From Neocallimastix sp. 'constans' (taxonomy: Eukaryota), in the NCBI GenBank assembly GCA_050613775.1, contig JBODTK010000001.1:310001-374000 (forward strand): a stretch of 64,000 nucleotides of DNA, read 5' to 3'. Of the stretch, positions 40,599-54,564 are shown piece after piece. Every line of letters begins with the position of its first letter. The stretch's first letter is position 1. The notes below the pieces were generated by a model. It was not told the origin of the DNA and did not search any database. It was given only the letters and a program-made list of their open reading frames with translations. The translations under genes were made by a program, and so were the position numbers.

Positions 40599-41450
40599 AA
40601 TTAAAGTTAATTATAATTAAATGTTAATGATATTTGTAGATTATTTTTTTTTATAAATAATATTAAGTGAATAATAAAAGAAATAATTAAGAAAAAGGTT
40701 TAATAGAAATTAAAGACATTAAAAATTAGAATTTTATTTAATGGTATTTGAACTAATTAATTGAACCTTAAAGTTCGAATTTTGAACTTTATTATCAAAA
40801 TAATTCATTTTTCTTTAAAATTATACTTTTTATACTTTTTTATAAGAATAACAAAAATTGTTTATTATTTTTTCTAAAGATAAATATTAATATTTTTATA
40901 TATTTTAATTGTAAATAAAAATGGATATACATCAATGTATATGTATATTATAAAACAAGGGATATTAAAAAAATGTATATATATATATTTTTTTTTAATA
41001 ATTATAATTTAATAGTAATTTATATATATATCTTAATTTGATTTGGAATTCAATAATTTTAAACTTTTGAAGTATCTATTCCATATTATCAAAAATATAA
41101 TATATAAATAAAAAGAATAATTAATCATGATTATCAGAATAATTTAATGTTTATTGATTTGCTTTTTTTATGAATGAATTGTGATTATTATTAATAACAT
41201 TTTTTTTTTATTTATTTTATTTTATTTTATTTTATTATTTTTTATTATTTTTTTTTATTTTATTGTTAAATATATATATATTTATATCTATAATTTAATT
41301 AAAAAATTTACAAATAGAAATAATAATTGATATGTAAAAAAAAAAAAAAAAATTTAAAAAATAATAAAATAAGGAAGAAATAAGAATCTTCATTAATTTT
41401 TAATATACAAGAGATTAAAAAATTATCAGTATAATATATTAAAAAAAAAA

Positions 41451-41633
41451 TTATTATTTATTATATAAAAAGTTAATAAAAATATTATATTGTATTTCAT
41501 TTTAAATTCATTACACACATTAATATTCGGTTAGTTAGCTCACAAAGAATATCATTCATATTCATTGTTAAATATATTAAGAAAGAAAAAAGAAAATTAT
41601 AGATATATATTCTATATAAAATTATATATAAAG
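41451..41633. repeat. Left arm of a ~185-bp inverted repeat flanking the myosin gene
   Basis: Contains cattacacacattaatattcggttagttagctcacaaagaatatcattca; the reverse complement lies at 50504-50690. Confidence 0.9.
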
Positions 41634-41719
41634 AATTTTTAGTTGTGAATAGTGTACTTATAGTCCATATATAAATTTAATAATCATAATAAAAACAATA
41701 TATATATATCAATTTATTT

Positions 41720-41759
<40 letters not shown>

Positions 41760-41820
41760 CTCTCTCTTTTCCTCCTTCCCACCCTTATTACTAGTGATAA
41801 ATTAAATTAAAAATTCAAAG

Positions 41821-43770
41821 ATGACAGAAGAAATTGAAGTTTCAGACTTCGTTATGATGTCTGATATTACAGAAGAAACCATGATGGATTTATTGAAAGA
41901 AAGATTTAACAAAGATAAAATTTATGTAAATTATACATCCTTTTATTATATTATATCATATTTTATTATATTCTTTTCTTATATTATATTTTATCATAAT
42001 ATCATATTACTATATAAAACTAATCATATATATAATGTACTTTATAATTAAAATCATATCTATAATTTTATCATAATATTAATAATAATAATATTATTAT
42101 ATCATAATACAAATCAATACAAAAAAATGGAAATAATACTATTAATATATGGAATAAAAATCAATCAATATTATCACAAACCTTATACACATATTAAATT
42201 TAAATATTTATAAATGTGTTATTACTCAAAAATATAAATAAATTTTACAATTAATAATATATCAAATACACAATACACAATAAAAAATAAACAATAATAA
42301 TCATAATAATAATAAATACATTTATTATCATTAATATTATATTTGATTAAAAAATTTAATTTTTCAATTTCCAATATCCTTTTTTTTTTCTTTTTTTTCT
42401 AATATAAAATTTATAATATATATATATAAAGACGTTAATTAGAGATGTGGTTGTATCTGTAAATCCATATAAAAAGTTGAATATTTATTCTCAAAAAGAA
42501 ATTAACAGATATAAAGGAAAAAATATATATGAACTTCCACCACATATGTAATCATTTTTTTTTTTTTTTATAAAATAAAAAACAAAAATATAAATTTTAT
42601 ATTAAATATAAAGAAATTAAAAAATATTCCAATTATATTTAACAAAATTAAAATATAATGTATAAAAGAAAATTAACTAATTATTAATAAATGTTATATA
42701 TATATATTATTTTTTATTCATAAACAAAAATTTTTTTTTTATTCAATATTATATGATATATATTAAATGAAATTAATAAAAATAATCAAATAATAATAAT
42801 AATAATAAATAGTTATACTGTTGCTGATACAGCATTTTTAAATTTACGTGAACAAGGAAAAGATCAATGTATTATTATTAGTGGTGAAAGTGGTGCCGGT
42901 AAAACAGAAGCCTCAAAATTAATTATGGAATATATTGCAGCAGTTAGTGGAAGTTCAGCTGAAATAGATAAAGTTAAAGATAAGTTATTAGAATCAAATC
43001 CAATTTTAGAAGGTAAAACAATAACAACTAAAATACTAATACTACTACTAATAATAATAATAGTAGTAGTAGTAGTATACAAATTTTAAATTTTTAAATT
43101 ATTAATATAAAAAGTACTAATGATATTATTAATTTTTTTTTAATTATTATTATTATTACTTATTTAAATTGTTATATAATTTTTTTTTATAATAATGAAA
43201 TAATATATATATATATTTATATATAATAATAATAATAAATAAAATTTTAATAAAATTTTAATTAAAATTTTACTTTTAAATAAATATCCACATTTTGAAA
43301 TAACCACAACATCCACAATAAAAAAAATAAACAAATTAAAAATAAAATTAAAAACAAATTAAAACGAAATTTAAAAAAAAAAAAAAAAAAAAAAAATTTT
43401 TTTCCTTGATATATTAAAAAATTGACATAAATATATATATATATATAAATTGCATATATATTAAGCCTTTGGTAATGCCAAAACTACAAGAAATGATAAT
43501 TCATCTAGATTTGTAAATATTATTTTATATTAAATATAATAAAAAAATAATAAAGAAAATATTAACAATGATTTTTATTATTAAATAAATAATTTTTTTT
43601 TAATTTTTTTTAAAATTATCAATAATTTAAATAATAAAAGGGTAAATATATGGATTTAGAATTTGATTTCTTAGGAAACCCAATTGGTGGACATATTACA
43701 ACATGTAAAGATACTTTATTTTATATATTATATACATATTTAATATATATTACAATTTATGAGGAATAAA

Positions 43771-43818
<48 letters not shown>

Positions 43819-45132
43819 TTTTGAATATTAAATTAAATATCGTATGAATTACTTGATATAATTATATATATTTCTATATATCAAATAAAATATAAAAAAT
43901 GAATATATGAAAAAAACAATAAAATAAAATATAAAAATAATTATGATAAATAAATAAATTATTAAATATCAATAATCAATAAATTAAATAATTAATTAAT
44001 AATAAATAATAAATAATAAATAATAAATAATAAATAATAAAGATTTATTAGAAAAATCAAGAGTTGTTAATCCAGCAAAGGAAGAAAGAACTTTCCATAT
44101 TTTCTATCACTTATTAGGGGGCGCTAAAAGAGATCTTCTTGGTATATATACTATAATATAAATACTCTTATAATTTATAACTTTTTTTTTTTTTTAAAAA
44201 AATATATATATAATTTATTTACTTTATTTTTTTTTTTTACTTTATTTAATATTATTTTTTATTATATATATATATATATATAAATATATTATCTTTTATA
44301 AAGATAAATTACATTTAAGTAATAAATTTGATGATTATGAATATCTCAAGAAGAGTGATTGTACCATAGTTCCAAGTTTGGAAGATAAAACACAATTTGA
44401 AAATATTACAAAAGCTTTAGATTGTATTGGTTTTACTGAAGATGAAAAGAGCACTTTATTTAATTGTATTGCAGCCGTTCTTCATATTGGTAATCTTGTT
44501 TATAAGGCGGATGAAGTTGATGACGAAAAAGTTAAAATTCAAAATCCAGATGGTAATTTATATATATATATATATATTTATAATAAATATATTATTATTA
44601 TTTTTTTTTTTTTTTTTTTAAAAAAATAAATTAATATATTGAATAAAATTTATAATATAAAAAAAATGAAATACCTGTATTAATTTTATTTATTTAATAT
44701 ATTTACATTATATTGATAAAATTTAATACATCTATTATTTAATGAAAAAAAATTTTTTTTTCTTTTTTATATCTAATAAAATTTTTTTTAATAATTATAT
44801 AAAATTAAATGGAACAAAAATAATAACAAAAATAATAACAAAAATAATAAAAAAATAAATATTAAATCATTATAATGAATAATTTTATGCCATAATAATC
44901 ACTATAAATAAACAAAAAAAAAAAAACAAAAAAAAAACAAAAAAAACATAATAAACTAACGAATAAACAAATAAATACAATAACAGTTTGTTCAACTATT
45001 GCTGAACTTTTAGGAGTAAAAGTTGAAGATTTAGTTAATGCTCTTACCTACAGAACTGTTATAGATAAGAATAAGAGTTCTAATCAAAAGAACATTAAAG
45101 TTCCATTGAATTTAGAAAAGGTAGAGTAGAAA

Positions 45133-45178
<46 letters not shown>

Positions 45179-45584
45179 TGGACTTTATTTATTTATATAT
45201 ATATAGTTTAATATTATTAGATATATATTAATAATAATTTTTTTTTTAATATTATTGTTCTTATTATATAATAATTAACATATATATATAAATATATAAA
45301 ATTTTAGGCTTTATCTTGTCAAGATACCTTAGCTAAAACATTATATGAAAAACTTTTCTTATGGTTAGTTTCTTGCATTAATAGAAAAATTCTTCATGGT
45401 AAAGATGATGGTAGTCCAAAATATGTTATTGGTGTACTTGATATTTACGGTTTTGAAATTTTCAAAGTAAGGAAATAAAAATGAAAAATCATAATTGCAA
45501 AAAAAAAAAAAAAAAAGTTAAAATAATAATCGTAATTTAATCATAACTATTTATCTTTAATTAGAAAATTTTGTTTATTAATTT

Positions 45585-45615
<31 letters not shown>

Positions 45616-47570
45616 TGTTTAAAATTAAAAATTATTAACACAAAAAATTATTTTAATTTGTAAATTCAACTATATTAATAATAATAATAATAATAATTTA
45701 ATAATATATATAATTCTAATTTTATTAATCAAATTTTATTACTAGGAAAATGGTTTTGAACAATTTACTATTAATTATTGTAATGAAAAACTTCAACAAT
45801 TATTCATTGAATTAACCTTAAAATCTGAACAAGAAGAATATAATAATGAAGTAAGTTATATATGTACATATTTAAGAATGAAAGAAAAAAAAAAAAGAAA
45901 TAAAATTAAAATTATAAATAATAGTATAATATTACTAACTAATATTCATTTAATATTTTGAATTTTTTTTCTAAAAAATTTTATATGTAAAATATTTAAA
46001 AATAAATAAATAAATAATCAAACAATTAAAAATAATTAGGGTATTAAATGGGAAAATGTTGATTACTTTAACAACAAAGAAATTTGTGATTTAATTGAAA
46101 ACGTTAGTATTTTTATTTTATTTTATTATTTAGTAATAATTTATATATATATATATATATATAAAAGAATTATAAAATAAGAAATAAAAAAAAAAAAATT
46201 AAAAAAAAAATTTTTTTAAAATAAAATAATATAGAAAACCGGTAGTATTATTGCTTTATTAAATGAAGAATGTCGTCGTCCTGGTGAAAAATCTGATAAA
46301 ACCTTCCTTGACAAATTGAATACTAATGTGAAGAACAACAATTTCTTTGATAGTCGTGAAAAATCCAGAAATAATAAAGATATTGGTATGAATATGTTCA
46401 AAATTAAGCATTATGCTGGTGATGTCATTTACACTATTGATGGATTTATTGAAAAGAATAATGATTTATTGTATAATGATATTTCATTTGTTTTAAATAC
46501 TTCTTCTGATCCAGCTATTCGTGAAATGTTCCCACAAAATATGGATAACTTAAAGACTCCAGAAACAATTAGTACTCAATTTAAGGTAATATAAATAACA
46601 AAAAGTATAATAAAAATTAAAAATAAAATAAAATCAATAAAAATGAAAAAAAAAAAAATAGATAAATATTATATACATTTAATTGATTAATAGATTTATT
46701 AATTATTATATATTAATATATTATTGATTTTTATTTATTTTATTTTATTTTATTTTATTTTTTTTTTTTTTTTTTTGAAATATATTTTTTAATAAAACAA
46801 ACAAACAAACAAACAAATATATATATATATATATATATATACTCTCTTTTTTTAGAACTCTATGAATCAATTAATTAAGAATTTAACTACCAAGACTCCA
46901 CATTATATTCGTTGTATTAAGCCAAATAATAAAAAGGAAGCTAATTTATTTGATGATGAATTATGTTTACATCAATGCAAATACTTAGGGTAATTATTAA
47001 AACATAAAAAAAAAAAAAATTAAAAAATAAAAAATTATTATATATAATATTTTTTTATAATTAACATAAATTATATATTTTATTTTTATTTAATTATTTT
47101 TTTTTTATTATTTTAATATGTCATTAAAAAAAATATATGTATATTTTGTTTTTAAACTTTTATTAGTTTGTTAGAAAATATTAAAGTTAGAAGAGCTGGT
47201 TATTGTTACAGAAAAGAATTTTCTAAATTCATTGAAAGGTAAATAAAATATTAATAAATAAATAATTAATTAATTAATTAATGATCTTATGAATATTTTA
47301 ATATCTTAATAATTAATTAAACTAAAATTATGTATGATATATTTATATATATTAATTTTTTTTTTTTCATTAAATTCTTTTTTTTTTTAAAAAAAAAAAA
47401 AAAAGATTTAAACTTTTATGTAAAGAAACATGGCCAAATTGGAGAGGAAAACCAGAAGAAGGGGTAGAAATTATCTTAAAGAAAGTTGGAATTAGCCCTG
47501 ATGATTATTGTCTTGGTAAAACTAAACTTTTTATTAAAAAACCACAATTAGTAAGTATATCAAATTATTC

Positions 47571-47612
<42 letters not shown>

Positions 47613-49018
47613 ATTAATAAAAGTTTATTCTTCATCATAGATTTTCAGTTTAGAAGATGCTAGAAATGAAAAGGAAAATGATATTGCTACCATTATTAGA
47701 GCTAGATGGTTAGGTTACACTTATAGAAAAAAATTCAAGAATGATATATATAATATTATTTTAGTTCAATCCATGATTAGATCTAAATGGGTAATGTTAA
47801 TTATTACAAAATGAAAATATATTAACATAAATCTATAAATCTCTATATATATATATATATTTAAAAAAAAAAAAAAAGAAAAAGAATTAATAAATATATT
47901 TTATATCAATATATACACTTTTATTATATTATTATTTATGTAATATAAATTATATAAATATAAAAAAAAAAAAAAAAAAACTTTTTAATTAAATTTAATA
48001 GGAAGTTTTAAAGTTTAGAGCTATTATTAGTAAGGCTGTTTTAATTCAAAAGATTTGGCGTGGTTACATTGTAAATTTTTTTTTCTTTTAGTTTTTATTT
48101 ATTAATTTTATTAATCATATGAATATATAGCTTAAAAACTATATATGGTGATATATTATCAATTAATCTTATTTAAACAACAACAACAACAATAATAATA
48201 ATATTTTAAAAAAATTTTTTATTTATTTTTTTTTTTTTAAAAAAAAAAAAAATCATAATTTTATATAATTTTATATTTATCTTACATGTTTATATATTAT
48301 ATTTCTTTAATTATTAGACTCGTAAAAACCTTAAGAAAGAATACATTAAATATCCTAAATACTGTGTTAAAGTAATTAGTGATCATTGGAAGTACTATAA
48401 ATCCAGAAAAATGTTAAATGAAATGAAAGATGTATCTAAGAAAGCTAGTAATTGGAGATCTGTTCAATGGCCAGATAATGTATATGCGAATCATAGATAT
48501 TTAAAGGATTCATACCAGATTCTTAAGAAAGTTCATGATAGAATTAATGTAAGTATATATATATATATTTATTTAATTAGCAATAATTTTATTTAAATTA
48601 CAATGAATAAAAATAAAATAATAATAATAATAAAAAAAAGAACGATATATAATTAAAATTATTAATTAATACTTTATTTTTTAATTAATAAAAAAAAAAA
48701 AAATAAAATATTAAAGGCAAAGAAATATAGAAAATCATTAAATCCAGAACGTAAAGACTATTTAGAATGGAAGTGCTCAGCTATGGACAACTTTAAATCT
48801 AAGGCTAGTTGGGCTGACAGTGCTAAGGATAAATATGATAATGATGGATTAAAAATGAGTGAAAATCCAAAATGGAAGAAGATATGCACTGATAGTAAGT
48901 TTATTTATATATATATAATTATTAATTATTATTATTATTAAATAAAAATTAAAAAAAAAAAAAAAAAGAAGTTTATAAAAAATTCATTAAATACTGATAT
49001 ATATATCTATAATATAAC

Positions 49019-49056
<38 letters not shown>

Positions 49057-49567
49057 TTTTGGTTTAATATTTTTATTTTATTTTAATTTTATTTTATATA
49101 TTTATTATTTTTTTTTTTAAAAAAAAAAAAAAAAGATTCAAAAGTTGTACAAAGCTTTGATTGTACTAAATTCCACAGAAGAAATCTTAAGAAAGAAGTT
49201 CCAAGAAAGTTTGTGGTTACCGAAAATGATCTCTATTTAATAACCACTGGAATTGGCTTAAAGGATAAAATGCCATTTGCCAATATTAAAGAAATTGGAT
49301 GTTCCACTAAAAAGGATGGTGTTATTATTTTCCATACTTCTGAACCTAAAGGAGATTTAATGATTAGAACCGATAATAAATGTATTGAAGCCGTTTCACA
49401 AATTTGCTTAGCAGCAAAGAAGAAGGGTAATAATATTAAGGTCACTGTTAGTGATAAGTAAGTATAAAAAAAAAAAAAAAAAAAAAAAAACATATTTATT
49501 TTAAAAACCTTTCATGGAATAAAAAAAAATTAATAATTAATTAATTATTGTAAATTATAAATATTTA

Positions 49568-49600
<33 letters not shown>

Positions 49601-49727
49601 AATTATTTGAAATAGTCAAAACTTTAATAATACCAAGGCAACAACTCCTGTTGAATTTGCTAATGGATCAGGAAAACTTACAGTTAATGCAGGAAAGGAT
49701 AAGATTGTTGTTTCAGTACCACAATAG
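41821..49727 (+). CDS. Class I myosin, short-tailed (motor + IQ motifs + TH1-like tail), about 21 exons
   Basis: Exons give [114 protein letters not shown]-like IRARWLGY and IQKIWRGY precede a basic TH1-like tail. There is no N-terminal SH3-like extension; stop TAG is at 49725-49727. Confidence 0.9.
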
Positions 49728-49995
49728 AATTAAAAATAAAAATAAAAATAAAGGAAATAAAGAAAGCAAAAGAAAAAAAATAATATAATATATAAAAAAT
49801 ATCATGAAAACTTATATTCCAAATACTATAAAATATATATATTTATTAATAAAAAAAAAAAATTAATAATTAATATTTTTATAATTTAAGAAAGAAAAAA
49901 AAAAGTATAAGAACTCGAAAAGCGTTATAATTTAAAAAAGAGAAAAAAAAATAATATTTTATAAATTATTTATATATTATATAGATAAACAAAAT

Positions 49996-50056
<61 letters not shown>

Positions 50057-50503
50057 AAATGATAATAATAATAAATTATTATTATATATGATTGTATTTT
50101 TTAAATAAAAATATTTATTATTATAATAAAAATCTTATTATGTTTTTATAATAAAAAAAAATTAAATGACATGTAAATTTAATTAATAATACTTTTTTTT
50201 TTTCCTCTTTCCTTTCTCTCTACCCTTATTTAAAGTATTAATATATTTTTAAGAAAAGAAAAGTTATTAAAGAAGTATTATTATTGTGCTTCATCTTTTT
50301 TGTTAATATGTTTATTTTTATTTTTTTCCTTTTTTTTTATAATTTTTAATTGTCAAAAGATAGTGATTTTTAATGCTACGATTAATTTGTATAATGTATG
50401 TTGTATATTTCATTTATAATGTTATTAATATTTTAAATATCTTTAATTATTAAAATTAACAGTTAAAGTATATTCTCGTCTAAAAAAAAAAAAAGCAAAA
50501 AAA

Positions 50504-50690
50504 TTTATATATAATTTTATACATAAATTATATCTATAATTTTCTTTTTTTATTTCTTAATATATTTAACAATGAGTGTGAATGATATTCTTCTTTGTGA
50601 GCTAACTAACCGGATATTAATGTGTGTAATGAATATTTAAAATGATATACTATATAATATTTTTATTAACCTATTATATATTAAATAATA
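50504..50690. repeat. Right arm of the inverted repeat flanking the myosin gene
   Basis: tgaatgatattcttctttgtgagctaactaaccggatattaatgtgtgtaatg is the reverse complement of the left-arm core. Confidence 0.9.
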
Positions 50691-50749
50691 TTTTGTTCCC
50701 AGTGATCAACATAAATGTTGAACATTACAAGGACTTATCGTCTGATTCT

Positions 50750-51060
50750 ACTGGTCACAGTTGGTTATAAACATAATATCACAATATAAAATTAGAAGTG
50801 GTAGAGGTTCCGACGATGGCCCTAAATTCTGCCCCTTGCTGTGGAAAAGGTGATCAATCTTTTTATTCATTGGATATTTGAATGCTCTACCTTTTCTCTA
50901 AGTCGAACGTAAATCTTTTAGATTTTATCGATGATTTTTTCATTTTATTTGCCCGATAAAGTTTAGGAATCTTTCCTTACATTCCTTCATATTCTAATAT
51001 TTTAAAATATGAAAATTTCATAAACAGAGATATTTATATTTTTCTTCTTGGTGGAATAAA
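50750..51060 (+). mobile_element. LINE (non-LTR retrotransposon) 3' relic: CCHC zinc knuckle to FLLGG
   Basis: Allowing frameshifts it reads C-PCCGKGDQSF-IHWIFECSTF (~50829-50895) and later FLLGG (~51041-51055). Confidence 0.65.
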
Positions 51061-51084
51061 CTGTAGACTCATCTAAAACTATCG

Positions 51085-51202
51085 TTCCACCAAGAAGGAA
51101 CATACGAATTTAGTCATTAATTTATTTTTTCAAAATCTAAAAATGGATGAAAAGGAAGAGAATAAAGGTAATATCTTTATTTTACTTCCAAAAAAAACAA
51201 AA

Positions 51203-51233
<31 letters not shown>

Positions 51234-52742
51234 AAAGTCATTGATGAAATCGAATGATTTCAATCTAAAAATTAGGAAAAAGTAGAAACATTCAAATATC
51301 TAGTAGTTAAATATCTGATTACCTTTACCATGACATCAACAACATATTTGACTACTTTCTGTAACTCCACCATTTCTGAATAGTGATATTATACTTTTAT
51401 TCACATCTTAAACGTAATAATCCAATTAAACCCTAGACTGAGCTTAGTATATTTACAGTTAAGATTGAATAAAGTTCTTGTGTAAATGAATTTTGATTTA
51501 TCATTGATGATTCCTTTAATACCTTGTTTTGTAGAAATATCAGACCAACATACATTAATAACAACAACACTAAACTTTTTGATATTTTTTTTCTGAATTT
51601 TTTTTTTTTTATAAAGAGTACAAGATTCTTCAATAAGAGCAATTAAAATTAATTCATTTACAAAAACATTTTTTTTTATACTAATAATAAATATATGAAA
51701 ATAAAAAAATATAAAATTTTTTTTAAATTAATATTTAAAAAATAAGTTACAAGTTTTGAGGATGAAATGGCCTCTAACTCTTCCAATTTGTGGATAAAAA
51801 AAAATTTATAAAAATTATCATTCAACTCTGTATTTGAATTTTTTCTGAATTTCTTCTTTGCCTTTTCCTTTCGATGCCAATGCTCTTGACAATGGTAGGT
51901 TTAAAAGCATATAAATTGATTATATTATAAAAATCTTTTTTTTTTTTTTTAAAAAAAAAAAAAAGTCCTAATTACTGTTTACTTTTATCTTTATTTATTT
52001 ATTAAATGAATATTTTTTTTTTTTTTATAAAAAATCACTCAATTAATAAAAAAAAAATTAATATTATTTATCCAATTTGAACATAATAATATTTAGAATA
52101 GCAATGTGAAATAAAAAGTAATATTAAAAATAAAATATATAAATAAATTCAGAAAAAAAAAGTTCATAAGTGACGAACCTCACCTCTAAGATGATGAGTT
52201 TTAGGGTTTTAAAGGAATTCCTATTACAAGGAAAAATTATGGTCTTCTCCTTCAAAAGGCATTGGCCCTGCTAGCCTGCCTAACTTCATTTTACAGCGTT
52301 GATGCACCTTGGTTAGTTTGAAATTATACCGTAGAAATAGTAATCCTTGTCGAGTAATTAGCTTAAGGCATAATTTCTGTTAAAAAAAAAAAAAAAAAAA
52401 GAGCGCAGTAGATCGCACTAAAAATGGCATTTTTGAATAATCCCCAGAAATGATTTGGTTCTTAAACAAAATATTTCATTCCTTTTTATAATTTATTTCT
52501 TTCTCTTTAATATCTTCGTTAATTTCCTATTCTTATTGTTTTACTTGGACTTCCCTCTTTTTTTTTGGCTTTTTTTTTTTTTTAGACTAGGAAGAGAATA
52601 CATTTTCAGTGCTTTATTAAAAAGATTAAAATATTTTTATGTACTACATTTTATTAAAAAAAAAAAAAACATTTTAAAATTTAAAGATAAAAAAAAAAAA
52701 AAAAAAAAAAAAAATAACGGGTATGTAAAAAATTAAGTAAAA

Positions 52743-52778
<36 letters not shown>

Positions 52779-53490
52779 AAATAAAATTCCTTTTTTAATA
52801 TTACTCTTTACATTTTTTTTTTTTTCTTTTCTTTTCAACGTTAAGATAATCTTCCTTGTTAGATGAGGCAGAATCAATACATCACAACAATGCAGTAGTG
52901 TTTTAATTAAGGACGGTACATTCTTAGAATCGTTTTTGTTTGAACCTAAAAAGTGGAGCAAAATATAATGCTTTGTTATTAATATATGATTGAATAATAG
53001 ATCTTTTTAAATGTTAATGGAACTTTATTATTGGATAAAAAGACTAAAGAAAGAAAATAATGTTTTTTTCAACTTGCTAAAACAAGAAAAATATATTATG
53101 AGACAAAAAAAAAATATATTTAATATTCTCTGAGTATTATCAAATATGTTTAGACCATTTAAAAGTTTTAGGTTTATTATTAAAACTATCTGAAAGGAAA
53201 GATTCTTATTGCAAGATAAGAAGATAGAGATGATGATCAGAAATATCATTTACAAATGAACAAGAAGAAGAAAGATAAAGGTACATGAGGAATCCTTGCC
53301 TTATTGTAGATTAATATGGTCAATGTAAGAAGATTTAGAACCTTTAGAATAATATAATACCAACTACCAGTAAGATTAGTAATAGCCCTGTCCAGTCAGG
53401 GAAATTGTTTTTGATATAATAAAATATACTTCCTTTTAAGTTTTTTCAAAGGGCACATTAAAATCTCCTAAAAAGAACAGCAGATGAATT
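51085..53490 (-). mobile_element. Degenerate, internally deleted LINE ORF2 relic (APE endonuclease, post-RT region, zinc knuckle)
   Basis: Motifs in minus-strand order: LGDFNVP (~53470), KSSYIDHI (~53325), DISDHH (~53240), YFAP-LGSNKN (~52950), LSLGFNW-LRLRC (~51425), CC*CHGKGNQIFNY*IFEC (~51340-51290), FLLGG (~51090). Many stops and frameshifts; the RT core is not visible. The 51650-52800 interval is unassigned. Confidence 0.7.
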
Positions 53491-54036
53491 TTCCATATTA
53501 TGACTATTTAATCAATTAATATATATAATTTCTTTTTTTTTTTAAAAAAAATTTCTTTTCCTTACAACAAACAAAAATCATAATTTGATGAATTTTAAAA
53601 TAATTATCAAAAAAAAAAAAAAAAAAAAAAAAAATTTTTTTTTTCCTATTATTTAATTTTCATGATGAAAAATATTATTATTTACTAATTATACTAATAT
53701 GAATAAACATAATTAAAAAAATAAGTAAACATAAACGCATAAATATTATTTCATGTATTTTTATATTAAAAAATAGTAAAAACAATAATGAGTAATAAAA
53801 GAAAATAAGAATGAAATAACTCTATTCTTTTTTTTTAATTATTATTATTATTTTATTTTTATTACATATATGTTGATATTTTTTTTTATTTAATTATTTT
53901 TCTATTTTAGAAAAATAATATATATATATATATTTATATTTTTTTTTATTATTATTTTTTTTTATTTAATTTAAAAGATTGATAGCATTATATTTTTTTT
54001 AAAAAAAAATTAGAAAAAAAAAAAGAGAAATTTCAT

Positions 54037-54525
54037 TTACTCTTCTTTCTTAACTAATTCTTCTGGAACGGTAGCCTTTTGAGTTTCTGCCTTGTTAGCT
54101 CTTAAACTTCTAATCTTTTGAATAACTTCATCCTTTTTAGTCTTAATACCTTCAAAATTAACGTTTTTAGTTAATTCTTGAATCTTTAAAGCATCAAACT
54201 TTTCAACAACAAAACTAATAATTTTGTTGTAGTATTCACGAAGGTGTTCACCGAATTCCTTAATAGTTTTAATAAAGGCGTCGACAACTAATTTAATACT
54301 GAAAGTAGCTTCACTGTCTTCACTTAAAGTAACAGCAACCTTGGAGTAGGTGTTGTAAACTAAGTAGTATAAAGTGTAGTAGAATACTACAGTACCTAAA
54401 GTTATGGTAACTGGAACGAATAAAACAATACCTATTTTTATAATCAAATTAATAAAAATGATAACAAAAATTAATTTTATAATATTTTTTTTTTAAAAAA
54501 AAGGGTTGTATTATAAAATAATAGA

Positions 54526-54564
<39 letters not shown>

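Noticed and set aside
42864..49493. Small minus-strand and alternative-frame ORFs inside the myosin locus
   Set aside because: Antisense or out-of-frame readings of myosin exons plus intron sequence.
51433..53249. Short ORFs at 51433, 52455, 52674 and 53028 as genes
   Set aside because: They are off-frame readings of the decayed LINE and homopolymer runs.
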